A stretch of 32,000 bases of DNA, taken from the NCBI RefSeq assembly GCF_018861315.1, contig NZ_JAHLDL010000001.1:31923-63922 (forward strand), given 5' to 3'. The translations under genes were made by a program, and so were the position numbers. The notes beneath the pieces are model-generated. The model searched no databases. It saw only the letters and a program-made list of their open reading frames with translations, and was not told the origin of the DNA. Positions within the stretch are counted from its first letter, which is position 1. The number at the start of each line of letters is the position of its first letter. Shown here in pieces: positions 29,363 through 32,000 of this stretch. The DNA comes from Clostridium bowmanii (GTDB lineage: Bacteria; Bacillota; Clostridia; Clostridiales; Clostridiaceae).

Positions 29363-29599
29363 TTATACTTTTAGTAATTTCCTATTTTCTAACTTGATAA
29401 TTTCCCCTACAATCATAGAGGCATTTGCAGATACTACAATTTCTGCCACCTTAATCTTAGTTGCCATACCCCCAGTTCCAAGTTTTGACCCTGCACCCTT
29501 TGCTGATCGCTTAATTTCATATGTTATTTTTTTTACATTATAAATAGTTTTCGCATTAGGATTTGTCCTACTAGTTTCCTTTTTAATATTCCGTAACAT
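29363..29599 (-). pseudogene. Glutamate 5-kinase fragment
   Basis: SRTNPNAKTIYNVKKITYEIKRSAKGAGSKLGTGGMATKIKVAEIVVSANASMIV matches the ProB LGTGGMxTK region; rest of the kinase absent. Confidence 0.8.
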
Positions 29600-29633
29600 A
29601 GAGCATTTACTTTGATATATTTATATGATATAT

Positions 29634-29662
29634 TGATAATTAATAATTGATAATAATTATCA
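29634..29662. promoter_or_regulatory. Fur box(es) upstream of hemerythrin-like gene
   Basis: TGATAATAATTATCA at 29648-29662 is a perfect TGATAAT-N-ATTATCA palindrome, preceded by another TGATAAT at 29634-29640. Confidence 0.7.
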
Positions 29663-29693
29663 ATATTACAAATAATTTTTAGGAGGATATATT

Positions 29694-30248
29694 ATGAATG
29701 CTATAGAGCTAATGAAGGAAGAACATAAACTTATAAAAAGAATGTTAATTGTAGTTAGAAAATTTTCTATTAAAGTACTTAACAATGAAGAAATTGATTA
29801 TAATGACTTTTATAGTGTTATTGACTTTGTAAGAAATTATGCAGATAAACACCACCATAATAAAGAAGAGGTTATTCTCTTTAAAAAGATGAGTGAAGTT
29901 TTAGGTGAGAGAATAGCTAATGGTCCTATTATGGGGATGTTAGTTGAGCATGATTTAGGTAGACTTTTTATGGGGAATCTAGAACTTGCCTTAAGAAAAT
30001 TTCAAGCTGGAGATAGTGACTCAAGAGTAGATATAATTGCCAATGCTATAGCCTACACTGACTTACTTAATAGACATATTGATAAAGAAGACACCGCTAT
30101 TTATACTTTTGCTCAAAAAAGATTAAGTGTGGAGCAGTTAGCCGAAATAGATGCTCAATGCTTTGACGTTGAAGCTGAGGCTATAAAGAAAGGCCTTCAA
30201 GATAAATATGTTGAATTATTAAGTAAATTGGAATCCAAATTAGTTTAA
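29694..30248 (+). CDS. Hemerythrin domain-containing protein
   Basis: LMKEEHKLIKRMLIVVRKF...FVRNYADKHHHNKEEVILFKKM...MLVEHDLGRLFM...HIDKEDTAIYTFA (H...HxxxE...H...HxxxxD pattern); RBS aggaggatat. Confidence 0.92.
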   Translation: MNAIELMKEEHKLIKRMLIVVRKFSIKVLNNEEIDYNDFYSVIDFVRNYADKHHHNKEEVILFKKMSEVLGERIANGPIMGMLVEHDLGRLFMGNLELALRKFQAGDSDSRVDIIANAIAYTDLLNRHIDKEDTAIYTFAQKRLSVEQLAEIDAQCFDVEAEAIKKGLQDKYVELLSKLESKLV

Positions 30249-30307
30249 TCTAAAAGAAAAAAACAGTGTTTTATATCATAGTGAATTTATGATATAATTG
30301 ATTTATT

Positions 30308-30380
30308 GTCATTAGGCATCTTGGAAAAAATAACAAGCCTCCACATTAGTTGTTTTTTTCAAGATGCCTAAATCAATGAC
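30308..30380. repeat. Long hairpin between hemerythrin-like gene and next CDS
   Basis: GTCATTAGGCATCTTGGAAAAAATAACAA ... GTTGTTTTTTTCAAGATGCCTAAATCAATGAC. Confidence 0.8.
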
Positions 30381-30411
30381 TAAATAAAAAATGTAAAGTG
30401 AGAAGAATAAA

Positions 30412-30825
30412 ATGAGAAATGCAAAATTAGAAAGAGCAATAATTAGAATAGATAATGATATTGCCGCTATGAACATAGCTAAAAAATACTTATCAAATTT
30501 AGAAGAAATTAATGTTGTCCGAGATACGTTAAATAACAAAAGGCAATTGCTAGCCGATGAATTGTATGCTGAGGATAAAAAATGTTATGAAGAATGTTGT
30601 GATGTTATAGAAGAAATGTTAGATAATGAACTAGCAAAAGACGATCAAATAGAATTACTTGAAACTATAAAAGAAAGTTTTGGAAGACAAGCGCCAAATG
30701 CAAGCAAAAAAAGTAGTGGCCTTAATGCTTGGTTAAAACAACTTTGCATTGAATACGATTGGGTTAAAAACGAAGAAACTGATTGGGATACACTTGTTAT
30801 TACTGGATTTGGGTTATATGAATAA
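30412..30825 (+). CDS. Protein of unknown function (137 aa)
   Basis: Complete ORF MRNAKLERAIIRIDNDIAAMNIAKKYLSNLEE..., charged helical N-terminus, followed by a hairpin terminator. Confidence 0.7.
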   Translation: MRNAKLERAIIRIDNDIAAMNIAKKYLSNLEEINVVRDTLNNKRQLLADELYAEDKKCYEECCDVIEEMLDNELAKDDQIELLETIKESFGRQAPNASKKSSGLNAWLKQLCIEYDWVKNEETDWDTLVITGFGLYE

Positions 30826-30862
30826 GTCCTAAATTTAGTACTTGCTTTGAATTTTCCAATAT

Positions 30863-30904
30863 AATTAAAAACCATGTTGAGATACTTCAACATGGTTTTT
30901 AATT
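30863..30904. terminator. Terminator-like hairpin
   Basis: AATTAAAAACCATGTTGA-GATACT-TCAACATGGTTTTTAATT. Confidence 0.85.
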
Positions 30905-30985
30905 GCTCTAAGCCAATGTTTCTTACTGTTTCACAACTCATAATTGTAATCAAAAGGTAAAATAATTATATTTATCATATTTTTT

Positions 30986-31090
30986 TTACTTTCCTACTTC
31001 TGGAACTTCTTTTGCATCTTTATTCTTCATTTTCTTATTATTATCACCTTTAGGTTGAACTTGTGATCTACTCATTCCTTTTTTTGGCAT
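30986..31090 (-). CDS. Very small basic protein (34 aa), unknown
   Basis: MPKKGMSRSQVQPKGDNNKKMKNKDAKEVPEVGK with minus-strand AGGAGAGAAT upstream of ATG. Too short for the supplied ORF track. Confidence 0.6.
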   Translation of the reverse strand: MPKKGMSRSQVQPKGDNNKKMKNKDAKEVPEVGK

Positions 31091-31148
31091 AATATTCTCT
31101 CCTTAAATTTATTTGATAACTTAGTTTATTATTCCCCTCCTTTAAATT

Positions 31149-31189
31149 AAAATAAGGTATTGTAACGCTATATTACAATACCTTATTTT
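31149..31189. repeat. Perfect 17-bp-arm inverted repeat
   Basis: AAAATAAGGTATTGTAA-CGCTATA-TTACAATACCTTATTTT. Confidence 0.85.
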
Positions 31190-31281
31190 AACCTGTAAGA
31201 AAACTTTTATTCTAAATTTATGTTTCTTTTCCCTCTTAAAGTTGGTAGTATTTACGTATACAGAATATAAGGGGTGCACAA

Positions 31282-31530
31282 ATGAACTTGAAACTTCTTT
31301 TTCATAAAAAAGAAAAAACAATCTTCGGTTTAAATGAAGAACAAAGTTTTAATATAGATGCTTTAGCTTCCGAAAATCGTAGCAATTTTATAGAAGATAG
31401 CAAAGGTTTTATTTATACAACTACAAGCAAAATATGCAAAAGACATTTGATTTGGGAAAATGATGAAGAGCTAAGTATCTCTCTTATGGCTTTTAACATA
31501 TCCTGCGACAAATATGATAAAACAAAATGA
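31282..31530 (+). CDS. Protein of unknown function (82 aa)
   Basis: Short ORF MNLKLLFHKKEKTIFGLNEEQSFNIDALASENRSNF...; moderate RBS aggggtgc. Confidence 0.5.
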   Translation: MNLKLLFHKKEKTIFGLNEEQSFNIDALASENRSNFIEDSKGFIYTTTSKICKRHLIWENDEELSISLMAFNISCDKYDKTK

Positions 31531-31757
31531 AATTTTTATGGTTTCAGTAAAATTATTATTAAAAACGCACTGATAGACTTTTTTAGAAAAAATAAGAATT
31601 GTCCTAATCTAATCTTTGACAATAATAATATTAACTTCATCGAATAGAAAATTAATTGAAAAATGGCGGATATATATAATACCCTTGATATTGATAATAA
31701 TAAATCCAGAATATATATATCTAAAATCCTATTTAAATATAAAAGAGGGTGAACCCA

Positions 31758-32000
31758 ATGAATAAAACAGGTATTGTTATATATGTTTTAAATAAAAAAG
31801 CCGGTATTATGACTGACCATGGTGAGTTTGTATATATAAAATTCCGAAAAGCATTGCCTAAAGTAGGTGAAATTTACACAGGAGAATTATGGAGGAAAAC
31901 TGCATTTATTTACAAATATATGGTAACTGCAGCCTCCTTAATGTTTATATGTATTTGTAGTGTTGTGGGACATGCCTACTACACTCCAGTTACAACCCTA
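31758..32000 (+). CDS. RsgI N-terminal-like anti-sigma domain protein (3' end outside window)
   Basis: MNKTGIVIYVLNKKAGIMTDHGEFVYIKFRKALPKVGEIYTGELWRK then TM-like AASLMFICICSVVGHAY; RBS agagggtga. Confidence 0.7.
   Translation, partial: MNKTGIVIYVLNKKAGIMTDHGEFVYIKFRKALPKVGEIYTGELWRKTAFIYKYMVTAASLMFICICSVVGHAYYTPVTTL

Overview
This is a low-GC Firmicutes window, Clostridium-like in style. It is mostly ordinary chromosomal content. From left to right it carries: the tail of a ClC-type channel; transketolase; a degraded 1-phosphofructokinase relic; a 2[4Fe-4S] ferredoxin; a YitT protein; asnS with a T-box leader; a frameshifted BcrAD/BadFG-type ATPase relic; a second YitT protein; a metallo-hydrolase; a glyoxalase-like protein; motAB; clpA/clpS; two SPOCS (DUF3794)-like proteins; a YdcF-family protein; a GDPD; an EamA transporter; and a DUF1275/YoaK-like protein. 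A complete disaccharide-phosphorylase locus follows (GH65, LacI regulator, SBP, two permeases, pgmB) with three CcpA/LacI-like operators upstream. The right end has a proB fragment, a hemerythrin-like protein behind a perfect 7-1-7 Fur box, small unknown proteins and the start of an RsgI-N-like protein. The strongest non-coding signals are (i) an ORF-free, pseudoknotted, long-stemmed RNA-like element at about 4691-4893 between yitT and asnS, which I suspect is an orphan clostridial ncRNA (possibly raiA class), and (ii) a roughly 200-nt imperfect inverted repeat at 18119-18320 with a GAGCGTTAGCGAG loop. No CRISPR array, rRNA, tRNA, transposase or phage module was recognised.
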